A DNA stretch of 64,000 bases from an uncultured Acidobacteriota bacterium (lineage in GTDB: Bacteria; Acidobacteriota; Terriglobia; UBA7540). The translations under genes were made by a program, and so were the position numbers. The number at the start of each line of letters is the position of its first letter. Position 1 is the stretch's first letter. The notes under the pieces were generated by a model. The model made no database searches, was not told the origin of the DNA, and worked only from the letters and a program-made list of their open reading frames with translations. The stretch is from contig CAWDSK010000004.1 in assembly GCA_963804995.1 (NCBI GenBank), positions 32,001 to 96,000 on the forward strand. The letters are read 5' to 3'. Shown here piece after piece: positions 19,837 to 31,063 of the stretch.

Positions 19837-20081
19837 ACCTCGACGCTGTCCGCCCGGATTCCTCACCACGGGTTTGGAAAGGCAGGGCCTTACCGGCCGC
19901 GGGAAAACGCTGCCATGCAGATAACCATCCCGGCGCTGGGCGCACCACCCCCTTCTGAGGAGAGGCGGCGGTCCACCCACTGTCGCCGCGGCGAGCGAGG
20001 GTTATGAATACAAACGCCCCCCTCTGTTACTGCGGGGGAAAGCCCGCCGATCTTAATGGCGGACAACCGAGGGTATTGAAT

Positions 20082-23000
20082 TCAAATTACTGCCTCCCCC
20101 GAATCCGTAGGTTCCCCCAAATCCGGGGGAGCGATGGGGCAGGCGAGCCCCGTAGTCGACACAAGGCTCAAGATTGCATCGAGCCGCTCTAGCTGAACCG
20201 GCTTTTCGAGGTAATCGTCCATTCCCGCCGCCAGGATCGATTCGCGGTCGCCCACCATGGCTCGTGCGGTCATGGCCACGACCGGCAGGTGCTGGCCGGT
20301 TTTCTCTTCTGCCTTGCGGATGCGGCGCACCGCTTCCAACCCGTCCATTTCCGGCATTTGGATATCCATCAGGACGAGGTCAAACGAATCGCGCTCAACA
20401 GCCGTCAAGGCTTCCACACCGTTACCCGCCACGGCCGTAATGTGGCCGCGCTTCCGCAGCAGGGCAAGAATGAGGTGCTGATTCACCCGGTTGTCTTCCA
20501 CCACCAGTATCCTCATGGGGCGGACGGGCGTTTCCTCCAAAGGCTTTTCAACCGGGCGCTCGGGCGTGGACGCAGGCGCATCGATGCTGAACCAAAACGT
20601 GCTGCCCTTCCCCAGTTCGCTTTCGAGGCGGAGCTGTCCTCCCATGGACTCCACCAGCTTCTTTGAGATCGTCAATCCCAGGCCCGTGCCTCCGTATCGC
20701 CGAGAGGTAGAGTTATCCGCCTGCTGAAAAGCGTCAAAGACAATGTTCTGCTTGTCAGCAGGAATACCAATGCCGGTGTCGGTCACCGTGAACTTCAGCC
20801 GGTTCGCCAAGGGGGCCACCTCGAGGGTCACGGCTCCATGCGAAGTGAATTTGATGGCATTGCCCAGCAGATTGGTGAGCACCTGACGGAGGCGGCCATC
20901 GTCGGCGCGCACCCATTCGGGCACGGAATCATCGACACAGGTCGTGAGCGCCAGTCTCTTCCGCGACACTTCCCGCCGCAGCATCGAGCAGATTTCCGCG
21001 AGGAACGGACGCAGAGCGAATGTGACCGGAACGATTTCCACCCGCCCGGACTCCAGCTTGGAAAAGTCCAGGACATCGTTAATCAAATGGAGCAATCCCT
21101 TGGCGGAGAGCTGGACGGTCTTAAGGTACTCGACCACCTCGGGCTGTTCGGCCAGTTGGAGAGCGAGGTGAGTAAACCCAATCACTCCGTTGAGGGGGGT
21201 TCGCATCTCATGGCTCATATTGGCCACAAACTCACTTTTGACTCGGCTGGCCTGCTCGGCGCGCGCCCTGGCGGTGGCCAAGTCGCGGGTTCGTTCTTCG
21301 ACCTCGATTTCGAGTTGGGCGCGGACTTTCCTCAGGCGAGCCTCCCGCCGCCTCCATAACAACCAGGCGTTGGCCACCATCAAGAGCAGCAGGACCACCC
21401 GGCACGGCCAGGAATCAAACCAGGGCTCCCGAATCCGAAAATTGAGGAATGCAGGACGGCTCCACACTCCTGGCTCCACCTCTCCCTGCACCTCGAACCG
21501 ATAGGAGCCCGCGGGAAGCTCAGCAAAACGCACCTCCGGAGACCGGGTTTGTACCCAAGAGCTGGAGTCGTTTCCGATCCGGTAGCGGAAGGTCGAGTAG
21601 TGCCGGCGATAGGACAGTATCGTGAAGCGCAACCCTAACGAACGGGTCGAGGGATCAAAATCGGTATGAGTGGTGGGAAAATCATTGCGGAGCACAGAAG
21701 AAATCAACGTCGCCGGCAGGATGAAACGCGACTCAACTGCTGGCTGAAACCGCGACAAGCCGGCGCTGGTTCCGAACCAGACGCTCCCATCGGCCTCGGC
21801 ATGATAAGCGTGCGCGTTGCAGTCGTTCCAAATCAAGCCATCGGACGTGTCATAGCTCTTCCAGTGATTATCCTCGAGCACGGCAACCCCACTGTCGGTC
21901 GCCAACCAATGCCGTTGGTGCGTGTCGAAAAACTGGGAGTAGACAACGTTGCTAGGCAGGCCGTCGTCCACCGTATAGGTTCGCAACTGGATTTTGTTGC
22001 CTTGGAGGTCGACACGCGTGATTCCTGAGGATGAGAAATAGTCAATCCACAGGGCTCCATCCGGTCCGATCACGACGGACTGAACCGAGTTATCCTTCAG
22101 CCCCTCGGCTGTAGTCAGGAGACGATGTATTCCCCCCTGCTCGATGTACAACCCCTTCTTGGTGGCAGCGAACAGGCCGTTGGCACTAGTCTTGATGTCG
22201 AAGACCGATGCGCCATTAAGGGGAAGTGGCACGGGTTCGAGTTCCGAGTGACCGGGTATAAGCCGCATAACGCCGCGCGGTGTCGCCACCCAGACTGTGC
22301 CCGCTGCATCCCGGTTGAGTTCGTAGATCGAGAATTGCGGAATGGGCTGAGAAGGCGGGTAAAGCACCTTTTTATGGGTTTGAGGATAGTACCGCAGCAG
22401 GCCGTGCACCTGGCTTTGAAACGTTCCAACCCACAGCGAGCCGTCCGGTTCCGCGGCCAGTCCGTATACAGTGAGTTCGCCCACCGCATCGGAACGACGG
22501 AACCGCCAGCGGCCGCCCTGTCGAGTGCCCTGATAGAGACCGCGGCTGGTGCCGATCCACAAGTCACCCGCGGCGTCGCGTACCATTCGCCATATTCCCG
22601 GATCCGTCAGCCCCTCCCCCTCGGCGAAGCTCTGCCACTGGTCGCGTCCGAGCCAGCGTGCCAGGCCTTGCCCGCTGTAACCGATCCAGATCGAACCCTC
22701 TTGGTCTTCCAGGGTAGCCAGCACTCCCGTGTGTCGCAAGCCGCTCTCAGCGCCGTAATTCCGGCAACTTTCGCCATTACATACCATCAACCCTGCGTTG
22801 TGCGGAATCAACATCTGGCCGAGGCGGGTCGGCACCAGGAGGGAGCCGTGGGTGGAGTTCAGCGCCGGCAGGTTGTGCGGGGCGTAAAACACCGACCCCC
22901 CTGCTTCACGCACCAGAACCTTTTCGTTGGCGCGAATCCACAGGCGCCCGACGGTGTCTTTTGCGATGCTCGACCAGAATCCGGTGGTTACACCGTCGTC

Positions 23001-23582
23001 AAGCCCCCATTGTCGTTCGTGTCCGTGGCTAAGCGAGCAGACTTTCGACCCGCAGCTAAACCAGAGAGTCTGGTCGGAGGCAACGTAGACGCTATAAGAC
23101 CGCTTGGTGGAGATAAAACGAGATTGACCTCCGCCCCGCAGAGGCATTGACCGAAGGCCTCCTGGCGTGGCCACATAGAGATTCGTGGCGTCACTCCCGA
23201 TTGCCTGGCCGCTTTCCAGTTCGACCCCTTCAAAGCCCGGCACCGCAGCGAAATGGTCTCCCGTCCAGCGGAACAAGCCCAGGCTCGCTCCTACCCAGAA
23301 CTGGCCATCCGGTGAACTGTGCAGGGAATGCGTGTCGCCCCGATTCGCCACGGGGTCTCCGCTGAAGTGCCAAAAACGGTCGCCGTCGTAGCGAAAGAGA
23401 CCGCCCTCCGTGCTGACCCAAAGGTAACCTTCATGGTCCTGGTGCAGGGCAAGAATCGTGGGATTGGTCAGGCCCAGGTCAGCGCCGTACATTTGAAATG
23501 ACCAATGCTGCCCCTGCGCCGTCCAGGCACAAAGCAGCAGCCACCCCGCGCTGAATACCGCGATACGCGACCTCATAGTCAT
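20082..23582 (-). CDS. hybrid sensor histidine kinase (beta-propeller, Y_Y_Y, HisKA, HATPase, REC)
   Basis: Signal peptide, Reg_prop repeats, KSEFVANMSHEMRTPLN, NAIKFT, DTGIG, GGTGLGL, MDIQMP.MDG. Confidence 0.95.
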   Translation of the reverse strand: MTMRSRIAVFSAGWLLLCAWTAQGQHWSFQMYGADLGLTNPTILALHQDHEGYLWVSTEGGLFRYDGDRFWHFSGDPVANRGDTHSLHSSPDGQFWVGASLGLFRWTGDHFAAVPGFEGVELESGQAIGSDATNLYVATPGGLRSMPLRGGGQSRFISTKRSYSVYVASDQTLWFSCGSKVCSLSHGHERQWGLDDGVTTGFWSSIAKDTVGRLWIRANEKVLVREAGGSVFYAPHNLPALNSTHGSLLVPTRLGQMLIPHNAGLMVCNGESCRNYGAESGLRHTGVLATLEDQEGSIWIGYSGQGLARWLGRDQWQSFAEGEGLTDPGIWRMVRDAAGDLWIGTSRGLYQGTRQGGRWRFRRSDAVGELTVYGLAAEPDGSLWVGTFQSQVHGLLRYYPQTHKKVLYPPSQPIPQFSIYELNRDAAGTVWVATPRGVMRLIPGHSELEPVPLPLNGASVFDIKTSANGLFAATKKGLYIEQGGIHRLLTTAEGLKDNSVQSVVIGPDGALWIDYFSSSGITRVDLQGNKIQLRTYTVDDGLPSNVVYSQFFDTHQRHWLATDSGVAVLEDNHWKSYDTSDGLIWNDCNAHAYHAEADGSVWFGTSAGLSRFQPAVESRFILPATLISSVLRNDFPTTHTDFDPSTRSLGLRFTILSYRRHYSTFRYRIGNDSSSWVQTRSPEVRFAELPAGSYRFEVQGEVEPGVWSRPAFLNFRIREPWFDSWPCRVVLLLLMVANAWLLWRRREARLRKVRAQLEIEVEERTRDLATARARAEQASRVKSEFVANMSHEMRTPLNGVIGFTHLALQLAEQPEVVEYLKTVQLSAKGLLHLINDVLDFSKLESGRVEIVPVTFALRPFLAEICSMLRREVSRKRLALTTCVDDSVPEWVRADDGRLRQVLTNLLGNAIKFTSHGAVTLEVAPLANRLKFTVTDTGIGIPADKQNIVFDAFQQADNSTSRRYGGTGLGLTISKKLVESMGGQLRLESELGKGSTFWFSIDAPASTPERPVEKPLEETPVRPMRILVVEDNRVNQHLILALLRKRGHITAVAGNGVEALTAVERDSFDLVLMDIQMPEMDGLEAVRRIRKAEEKTGQHLPVVAMTARAMVGDRESILAAGMDDYLEKPVQLERLDAILSLVSTTGLACPIAPPDLGEPTDSGEAVI

Positions 23583-23590
23583 CCCTATAC

Positions 23591-23620
23591 TTTATCGGTC
23601 GAAAGCGCCCCGGGCATGAG
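23591..23620 (-). promoter_or_regulatory. sigma28 (FliA/WhiG)-like promoter of the kinase gene
   Basis: CTCATG-N15-ACCGATAA lying ~10 nt upstream of the start codon; the -10 resembles GCCGATAA. Confidence 0.6.
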
Positions 23621-23741
23621 TCGGTTTGGCGAGCCTGGCGCGAAGGGTGGCCCTCGAGTACGGCGGCTAAATTGTTGGGATTCTACATATTCCAAGGCGG
23701 GGGGTAGCAAGAACGGTCCCCGGCTGCCGCGCCAGGCAAGT

Positions 23742-23820
23742 CGTAGGGAAGGTTCGCGATCCGCCCTGGCCAACTATTACGCGAGATTCCGTGTGGGAGG
23801 CTCGCGGACCGCCCCTACCT
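23742..23820. repeat. inverted pair of GTAG-type REP-like palindromes
   Basis: GTAGGGAAGGTTCGCGATCCGCCC ... GGGAGGCTCGCGGACCGCCCCTAC. Confidence 0.6.
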
Positions 23821-24047
23821 GCTACCGGCTCCACCCATCGAGCGGACTCGTCCCCACCCGTATAACCGGGGCCACCTCTAATTTGACAGGGGTCCCAACG
23901 CTCTGCTCTAGCCGCTAAAATCAAATAAAAAAAGACCCAGATATTAAGATATTACTAATTTGTATAGATTAATCTAATGATGTTCTAATTACGTCTCGGT
24001 ATGGTTTCATGCTACCCTCGAAGTCAAGAACAGTCGAGGAGGATTCA

Positions 24048-24530
24048 ATGCACAAGAGTTCCCACGGGTTTTCGCTGATCGAGCTCTTGATCGTGGTCGC
24101 CATTATCCTTGTTATCGCCGCGATCGCCATTCCCAGCTTTCTGCGTTCACGCATAGCGGCGAACCAATCGTCTGCCGTGGCTTCCTTACGCACCCTGAAC
24201 ACCGCCGAGGTTACCTACTCCATCACATATGCCACGGGGTTCAGCGCGAATCTAGCCACACTGGGTCCGCCCCCTGGCGGGGGGAATCCAACCTCCACAG
24301 CAGCGGGCTTGCTTGACAGCGTGCTAACCCAGGGGTCCAAGAGTGGGTATATTTTCACTTACTCACCTGGCCTGGCCGACACAACCGGCCGGATAAACAG
24401 CTACACCCTCAACGCCAGTCCGGCGAGCAGTTCGACGGGCACCATCTTTTACTATTCCGATCAATCAGGAGTGATCCGTCAGAATGCCACCACCACCGCT
24501 GGCTCCACGGACTCACCTCTTGCTGGCTGA
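24048..24530 (+). CDS. type IV pilin (prepilin N-terminal cleavage/methylation domain)
   Basis: G^FSLIELLIVVAIILVIAAIAIP; GGAGG RBS. Confidence 0.93.
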   Translation: MHKSSHGFSLIELLIVVAIILVIAAIAIPSFLRSRIAANQSSAVASLRTLNTAEVTYSITYATGFSANLATLGPPPGGGNPTSTAAGLLDSVLTQGSKSGYIFTYSPGLADTTGRINSYTLNASPASSSTGTIFYYSDQSGVIRQNATTTAGSTDSPLAG

Positions 24531-24783
24531 GGTTCTTGGGTCAACGCAGATGGATTGAAGGACCTGTATCCCCCGGACATGTTTCGTTGCGCGGCCCCCC
24601 GTTCTGGGGCTTCTTTCGGGAAACCCGCTATCTCCCTCTCGGGCGCGTACACCACGGCTGCGCCTTCACCACGATACATTCACTCAATTGAGGTAGGAAG
24701 ACGGGGAGGGCGGCACGGGTCCTTCCCCGACAAGACGCGTTATTTGCGGCTCCGCCGCGCAGCGCTACCCCGCGTTTCGAATA

Positions 24784-25575
24784 TCAATGCAGGTCCGCCG
24801 CCACGGGAATCGTGACCTTCCCGGTCGCTGCCCACTCCGTTCCCCGCGCCAGCGTTGCCTGGAAACCGGGGCTCTGCATGGCTTTCACGTCGTGGCCCAG
24901 CGCGGTCTGGAACACCCGCCCCACTCCGTACGGCAAAGTCCAGATCATGGGCTCATCGTTCCCCGTCCCGCAGCCTTCGTTGGGCTTGCGGCAGTTCTTG
25001 GGATCATCCCAGGCCGTGGCCAACACGTGGATACCCGGTTGCATGGTGAGTCCATGATAAAGCTCATCGTTCTCCGCGAATGATTCCGGCATGCCCTGGG
25101 TGATGGGATCGTTGCGGTCCACGATCTTGACGGTGAACGGGTGGTAGGGTCCATGGCTGCCCGATTCGCGCCAAGTGCCGCCCACCAACTTGTCAAATTC
25201 CGGCCAGCCCCAGAAGGCGCTGTTCGAATGGTGGTAGCACACCAGTCCCTTGCCGTTGCGCACAAAGTCGAGCATGGCTTCACGCGCGCGGGCATCCCAC
25301 CAGGGGCCGGCGGTGTGTTTGTAGTCATTGTAGTTGAGTATCAACACATCGTAAGGAGCAAAGGTTTCGGGACCGTTGCCCCGCACTTCCTCGTTCACAT
25401 AAACATCAAACCGCCCGGTCGCTTGCAGGATGTCACGCAGCGCGGGCGTGGTGGCGCGCCAGTTGTGATTGTTGATGCCCGTGAGGATTAGCACCTTGAT
25501 CTTGGGCGGAGCCTGCCCCAACAACGAAGTCACACTGAAGAAGAAAACCAGTAACGCTGAGAATCTTCGCAACAT
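24784..25575 (-). CDS. secreted ThuA-like (class I glutamine-amidotransferase fold) protein
   Basis: Signal peptide; NNHNW; FVRNGKGLV..H; DELY; YG.GRVF.T.LGHD. Confidence 0.85.
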   Translation of the reverse strand: MLRRFSALLVFFFSVTSLLGQAPPKIKVLILTGINNHNWRATTPALRDILQATGRFDVYVNEEVRGNGPETFAPYDVLILNYNDYKHTAGPWWDARAREAMLDFVRNGKGLVCYHHSNSAFWGWPEFDKLVGGTWRESGSHGPYHPFTVKIVDRNDPITQGMPESFAENDELYHGLTMQPGIHVLATAWDDPKNCRKPNEGCGTGNDEPMIWTLPYGVGRVFQTALGHDVKAMQSPGFQATLARGTEWAATGKVTIPVAADLH

Positions 25576-25977
25576 AATGATAGAGACCTCCTGATGATTC
25601 CGATCATTGCCGGCATCCCCCGAGGGCGTCGGCGCGGGCAGTATCCTACCACTTTGATTCCAGCGTGGGCGAAATAACGAGGTGATTTCATCGCGCCGCG
25701 GCGGTAGAACAGGTGGCCAAGGGCAACGAGCGTCTTGGGCGAGTTCTGACCGAGTCGGGATAGGCAGCAGGTAACGCAGTGCATCAGAACCGCATGTGAA
25801 AAGTCATAGGAAAAAAACGCAAGAGAATTGGAAAGTAAGTGGGACCTCGCGCGCTATGCCCCGCGGAGAGCAACATGTGGGACATGTCTCCACCATGACA
25901 AAATGTCGCAGGCCGCCGACCCCGACGCTTTTGGATGCGGCCCCGCCGCGTTGCGCACCCCGATCCACACCTACCCT

Positions 25978-27384
25978 TTAGCTCTTAGGACGTATCTTGT
26001 AAAGGCCGGCCCCATGCGGGTCGAGCTTCGGCGCAAACTTACCCGTGTAAGTTCCCAAGTCCTTGTTCTGCCACAAATCTCTGACTTCACATTTCCCATT
26101 GAGGCCCAGTTCTTTCCATTGAACCTCCACACTCGCCGGCGAATCATCGGCGAGGTTGAATATCGCCAAATATCTCTCCCCTGTCCCCGGAACCTTCGCG
26201 GTCCAGGCGATCTGGTTGCCCCGCGCAAATAGTTCGTGATTCTCCGAGCTAGCCTGATCGACCGCCAGAACTTCCTGATTAGTGAGCAGGGATTTCGTGA
26301 AGGCATCCAGGGTGGGCAGATCTCCTCCCATCATGAGCGGGGAGCGGAAGATGCACCAAAGGGTCATCAAGGTAATTTGTTCATCGTGGGTAAGGCGTGT
26401 TTGCCGCTCACCCTCTGGGAAATCCCGGATGCTAATGCGCCCCAGCGGCAGCATATCGGCGTCGGGCCAATGGCCGGGGCCGATGTAAGGGATCCAGGCG
26501 CGGCAGAGGGGGAACTGGCCTTTGACCTCCTTCCAGTTATCCCAGACATCGTCCGAAATGCGCCACATTTGCGCATTTTTTCTGACGTGGTCCGCGTGGG
26601 CCGTCGCCGTACGTCCTGGGGAGAGGCTCAAGACGATGGGCCGGCCGCACTTTCGAATCGCCTTGCTGAGCGCTTCGATTTCGCCGGCATGGTAAGCCTC
26701 GCCGATGGGATTCTCGCCCCAGCTCATATCATCCGCCTTGATGAAGTCCACACCCCACCCCGCCAGGAGCGTGACAAGGGAGTCGTAATACGCCTGTCCC
26801 CCGGGCTTGGTCGTATCCACTCCATACATCGAGGTTGACCAGTGGCAGGTGTTTTGCTTGTTCGCAATGTCCTGAGCGTGCACGGTAGTCCCGAGGATGG
26901 GAAGATTCTTCCTTACCGCGGCCCTGGGAATCCCTCGCATGATGTGAACGCCGAATTTCAATCCCTTGCTGTGGATATAGTCGGCCAGAGGTTTGAAGCC
27001 TTGATCTCCGGCGGCGGATGGGAACCGGTTGGGCGCGGGGATAAACCGGCCATAACCATCCATTTTCACTTCCCAAGTTTCCTGCGTTCGGTCTGTACGG
27101 GGATGAGGAAAATACCAGTCGGAATCAATGACGATGTATTCCCAGCCGTATTTGTGGAGGTGCTCAGCCATGTAATCGGCATTGGCTTTGACCTCCGCCT
27201 CCGTCACGTCTCCGGAATAAGCGTCATAACTGTTCCAACCCATGGGAGGGGTGGGGGTGAGGTCTCTCTCCACACCTGGAGCGCTCGTTGCCGGGCCCGC
27301 ACCGATCCCATTGATGAATGATGTAAGCGTGACCACCATCAGGCCACCACACAGAAAAATGACGAGTTTCTTTAGAGATAACAA
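25978..27384 (-). CDS. GH27 alpha-galactosidase-like glycoside hydrolase
   Basis: TPPMGWNS, YIVID..W, GVDFIKAD, MWRISDD, DADML; TTG start after AGGAGG. Confidence 0.92.
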   Translation of the reverse strand: MLSLKKLVIFLCGGLMVVTLTSFINGIGAGPATSAPGVERDLTPTPPMGWNSYDAYSGDVTEAEVKANADYMAEHLHKYGWEYIVIDSDWYFPHPRTDRTQETWEVKMDGYGRFIPAPNRFPSAAGDQGFKPLADYIHSKGLKFGVHIMRGIPRAAVRKNLPILGTTVHAQDIANKQNTCHWSTSMYGVDTTKPGGQAYYDSLVTLLAGWGVDFIKADDMSWGENPIGEAYHAGEIEALSKAIRKCGRPIVLSLSPGRTATAHADHVRKNAQMWRISDDVWDNWKEVKGQFPLCRAWIPYIGPGHWPDADMLPLGRISIRDFPEGERQTRLTHDEQITLMTLWCIFRSPLMMGGDLPTLDAFTKSLLTNQEVLAVDQASSENHELFARGNQIAWTAKVPGTGERYLAIFNLADDSPASVEVQWKELGLNGKCEVRDLWQNKDLGTYTGKFAPKLDPHGAGLYKIRPKS

Positions 27385-27788
27385 TGTTTCCTCCTGGTCC
27401 GGGTCATTTCGGAACTGCCCGGAGCACACTCTTCGCCCCTTACCACTTTGGGCAACGTCCCCCCAATCGTGAAGCTCAATCTGGGGTTTTCAATTTCTAA
27501 CCGCCCCGGGACTATATACCTGACCGATTCCGGGAGCAATGCTTTGCACTTCTCCAGTTTGATTTTCGTGCGGTTGATGCGGGGGGCAGATGGGCGCGGA
27601 GGGTGAAACACACGCAATTTGCAATGCAATACCGCCAATTCTTGTTTCTGATTTGTGAAGGTCGGGCTTTTAATTTTTGACTGCAGAAATGAAGTTGCAG
27701 TGCATGTTTATCAAATTAAGAGCCGCTACCCCATCTGCGTTCCCTGTATATGTCTAGGCGAATTCATCCCCACGCGACCATTCGAGGT

Positions 27789-27834
27789 AGCGCAGAGTCT
27801 CACGCTCTCCGAGACTCTGCGGCTCTTCTTCAGA
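27789..27834 (+). repeat. 46-bp REP-like hairpin, identical at 35709-35754, with a variant near 44850-44891
   Basis: CGCAGAGTCTC-N9-GAGACTCTGCG followed by GCTCTTCTTCAGA. Confidence 0.8.
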
Positions 27835-28165
27835 CGCGCCCCCGCTCGCCGACATTGGGCAATTAAGGAGGGGGTTTCAACCTCTTCAATACAACAAATT
27901 TCGTACTTTTCGCGGATGGCGACTGGGAGTATATTGGCGTGCCGGACCCAAATGCGGTTACGGGCACCTTCATACACAATCGGGAGTTTCAGTCGTCCTT
28001 GAAGCTGAGGTTCCGAGCACTTGCTGATTTGAAGGTGTGCGCCAGGCTGCCGCGCGTGTCAAGCGAAGCCGACTGGCACGGGCTTATCCTGGCCAGTCTC
28101 GCAGGGTCCCCGCATTTACGGTTATATGTCACGATCCGATCCTTAGCCGAAGGGAGAAACCAATC

Positions 28166-29479
28166 ATGACGAAGCATCTTGAACGAAGGAATTTTCTGAA
28201 AGCTGCGGGCCTGGGGGCTTTAGGGGCGATGGGAAGCGCGAGTCCTGCCGCTAGTCTCCTACCGCCTGCGACGGCGGCGGCGATCAATGACCTGGAGCCC
28301 ATGAAGATTACCAAGATAGACGTGGTGAAATTCCGGAAGGGCCTGACCATTGATGGCACACCTCCTCCCTGGATGTGGGTGCGGCTTTACACCAACACCG
28401 GCATCGTTGGGGTGGGTGAGACCTACCCCTATACGGAAGGCCAGATCGGCACGCTGCGGGATCTTGTGGCCCGCGAGGCCAAGGAAACCGCCGGCCTTTT
28501 GGGAAGCGACCCGCGCGACATCGAGCGCACCTGGTATGCGATTTATGATCGCACTGCCTTTAACGTCATCGGCGGCGCGGAGATGCGAATTCTTTCCGCC
28601 ATCAACATCGCGCAGTGGGACATCCTGGGCAAATCGTTGGGGGCGCCGATTTATCGCCTGCTGGGCGGCAAAATCCAACAGAAATTGCGCGTTTACAATA
28701 CCTATACCGACTACTGGACGATCAATAATTGGCAGTTGGAAACGGATGCGGAGAAAATAGTGCGCTTCCTGCGTGACCGGGGAATCAAAGCCATCAAGTG
28801 CTACCCCTTCGACGCGGTCGGCCATCGCAACGACGGAAATCACATCTCTCCCATGGAAATCGACAAGGCGTTGGAATACATTAAACTGATTCGCGATAAA
28901 TTTGGCGACGATATGGAGATTGCCGTCGATGTTAATGCCCAGTGGAATCTCACCTCCGCCATCCTCATTGCCCGGGCGCTTGAGCCCTACAAGATCATGT
29001 TCCTGGAAGATGCGCTGTACCAGGGCAACATGGAGGCCTACTCGGTATTGACCCGGGAAACTTCCATCCCCATCACCGTCAGCGAACGCCTGGCTACGCG
29101 GTATCAGTTCCGGGAAGTGCTGGATAAGAAGGCCGCCAAGATCGTGATGTTTGACGTCACCTGGTGCGGAGGCATCTCCGAAGCGAAGAAGATTTCAGAC
29201 CTCGCCGACACCTACTACATCCCTGTCGCGCCTCATACCTGCGGTGGGCCGCTGCTGTGGTTCTCGACGATCCATACCGCCACCGCCGTGAAGAATTTCT
29301 GGATTACGGAAAGTTGCTACCATTTCTATACTTACCAGTACCCTTACTTCATCAAGAACGTGCCCGTCCCTCAGGATGGCTTCGTTACCGCGCCCGAGGG
29401 CCCTGGATTGGGAGTGGAATATCGCACCGAGCCCTTCGAGCGTGGCGATGCAATTGTGGAGGTGATCGCGGAGCTCTAA
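28166..29479 (+). CDS. Tat-signal mandelate racemase/muconate lactonizing enzyme family dehydratase
   Basis: RRNFL; GIVGVGE; SAINIAQWDILGK..G.PIY.LLGG; K.K motif; VD/ED/E metal ligands; APH. Confidence 0.9.
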   Translation: MTKHLERRNFLKAAGLGALGAMGSASPAASLLPPATAAAINDLEPMKITKIDVVKFRKGLTIDGTPPPWMWVRLYTNTGIVGVGETYPYTEGQIGTLRDLVAREAKETAGLLGSDPRDIERTWYAIYDRTAFNVIGGAEMRILSAINIAQWDILGKSLGAPIYRLLGGKIQQKLRVYNTYTDYWTINNWQLETDAEKIVRFLRDRGIKAIKCYPFDAVGHRNDGNHISPMEIDKALEYIKLIRDKFGDDMEIAVDVNAQWNLTSAILIARALEPYKIMFLEDALYQGNMEAYSVLTRETSIPITVSERLATRYQFREVLDKKAAKIVMFDVTWCGGISEAKKISDLADTYYIPVAPHTCGGPLLWFSTIHTATAVKNFWITESCYHFYTYQYPYFIKNVPVPQDGFVTAPEGPGLGVEYRTEPFERGDAIVEVIAEL

Positions 29480-29545
29480 GCATCCAGGCCTAGGGGATTA
29501 GCAGGTAGCGCAGCGCGGCGATGCTGCAACCAAAAGAGAATCATA

Positions 29546-29615
29546 GCCCTCTCCGCAGGGGAGAGGGTGGACCGCCGCCGGCGTTCTCACCAGCCGGGGC
29601 GGGACGGGTGAGGGG
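29546..29615. repeat. ~70-bp double-hairpin REP-like element (CCCTCTCC...GGAGAGGG ... GGGTGAGGGG)
   Basis: Similar copies at 46146-46215 (inverted), 53597-53670 and 56750-56819. Confidence 0.85.
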
Positions 29616-29707
29616 TTACTTCACCACCCGATGAACAGACCCGCACCCAACTACGGAACTAGCAACGCCTTTTCTAGTTTGGTTGCGGAATCGCCGTGCT
29701 GTGCCGC

Positions 29708-30442
29708 TTACGGCCGCATCATCACTTCCTGCGGTCGGGACGGCAGGCTGAATTCCGAACCGCGTTGCTGGTTCAGCTTCAGGGTGGCGGGAACATCCAG
29801 GTTGGCAATCTCAATCTTTCTTGTCCACGAGCCACTGGCCCAATAATTTGCGCTCGTGTACAAGGTGGTACCGATAATCGTATAGCTTTTGACCTCTTCC
29901 TCATGCCCGTCGCGAAACACCAGCACGGCCGGGGGAAGTGGGGGTTCGGTGGCTTCGTCCGGGCTAGGGAGAGCGGTGCGCCGAGGGGCCGCTTCCGCGG
30001 TTTCAGGCGGCGCAGGTTGCGCGTAAGCGGGCGACGGGCTGTAACCCGTGACCAGAACCCATTGATTCCCTTGCCTTTCGAGCAAGATGGGGTGGATCTG
30101 CCTCTCCGGCGGCGGAGGTTGAAGGGGCTGTCCAGCACTCTCCCACGGAGGCGCTTCGGTCATCGCGGGTTCGTATTCAGAGTAGTAATCCGGATACTGG
30201 AGATAACCCCATCCCCATCCAGGTCCCCATCCCCGCCCACGTCCTCTGGCACGATAGAATGGGTACGGTGGATGAGCCGGACGGAATGCACCTCTCCCAC
30301 CCATTCCGAAAGAGCCTCCCCAAGCCGGTCGACCCAGAGGGGCGGCCTTAGCCCCGATGCCCCTTTGAGCGGCGGCGGGCGACACAAAAACCAACGCTCC
30401 AAACACAGCGATGGGGATGGCAATGGTAATCCGATGTTTCAT
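29708..30442 (-). CDS. secreted Gly/Pro-rich hypothetical protein
   Basis: Signal peptide; C-terminal VLVFRDG...Y...I.LA.LD..AT...N..RG..F.LP domain. Confidence 0.75.
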   Translation of the reverse strand: MKHRITIAIPIAVFGALVFVSPAAAQRGIGAKAAPLGRPAWGGSFGMGGRGAFRPAHPPYPFYRARGRGRGWGPGWGWGYLQYPDYYSEYEPAMTEAPPWESAGQPLQPPPPERQIHPILLERQGNQWVLVTGYSPSPAYAQPAPPETAEAAPRRTALPSPDEATEPPLPPAVLVFRDGHEEEVKSYTIIGTTLYTSANYWASGSWTRKIEIANLDVPATLKLNQQRGSEFSLPSRPQEVMMRP

Positions 30443-30498
30443 ACCCTGACCCTCATCCGCCTACAAAGGCCCCTGGGCTCTCCCGTCCAAGCTAAACG

Positions 30499-30986
30499 TC
30501 CATGGCGAATTGCTAATTTGCCCGGAAATCCGCGAGTTCTCGGTTTCTTGCTACGCTGCGGAAATGCGCGATCTCGTGATCCTTTTCATCCATCTCCTCA
30601 CGACCGTCACCCGACTTGCGAGTCCCGGCGGCGTCCGCTGTGTAGTTGCCAAGTCCATCCTCGTCAAACATCAGCTGCTGATCCTCCATCGCTCGCGCCA
30701 GCGCGCTCCCCATCTCCGCCTAATGGATCGCATCGTCGCCGGTTGGTGCGCTCCGTTTATGCGGCCGTCCCGGCTGATCCGTTTGGCCATCGTTCTGAAG
30801 CCGTCGACGCTACTGTGGCTTCACCAGATCCTGACCCAGCGCAAGTATCGGCTGCTCTCTTCCCCGAAAGGCAGGCGAATGCCCGGTCCCAAAGGCCCGC
30901 CCAAAGAACTCCCGGTCGCGAACCTGCAATCATATCGATGGGAATCTCACTGCCGAGGACTGTATCAAACACCGATACCTGCTTAA
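30499..30986 (+). mobile_element. internally deleted integrase-core (rve) transposase remnant
   Basis: MRDLVILFIHLL...KHQLLIL.R...DR...KPSTLL...PGPKGP fused directly to the terminal YRW.SHCRGLYQTP; no DDE core. Confidence 0.65.
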
Positions 30987-31063
30987 TCCCTCATCGACGA
31001 GCGATTGCTTTGGCAGATCGATCGCGAAGCGGTCCTTCACCCAAGAGCTTTGCATCGCGGGAA

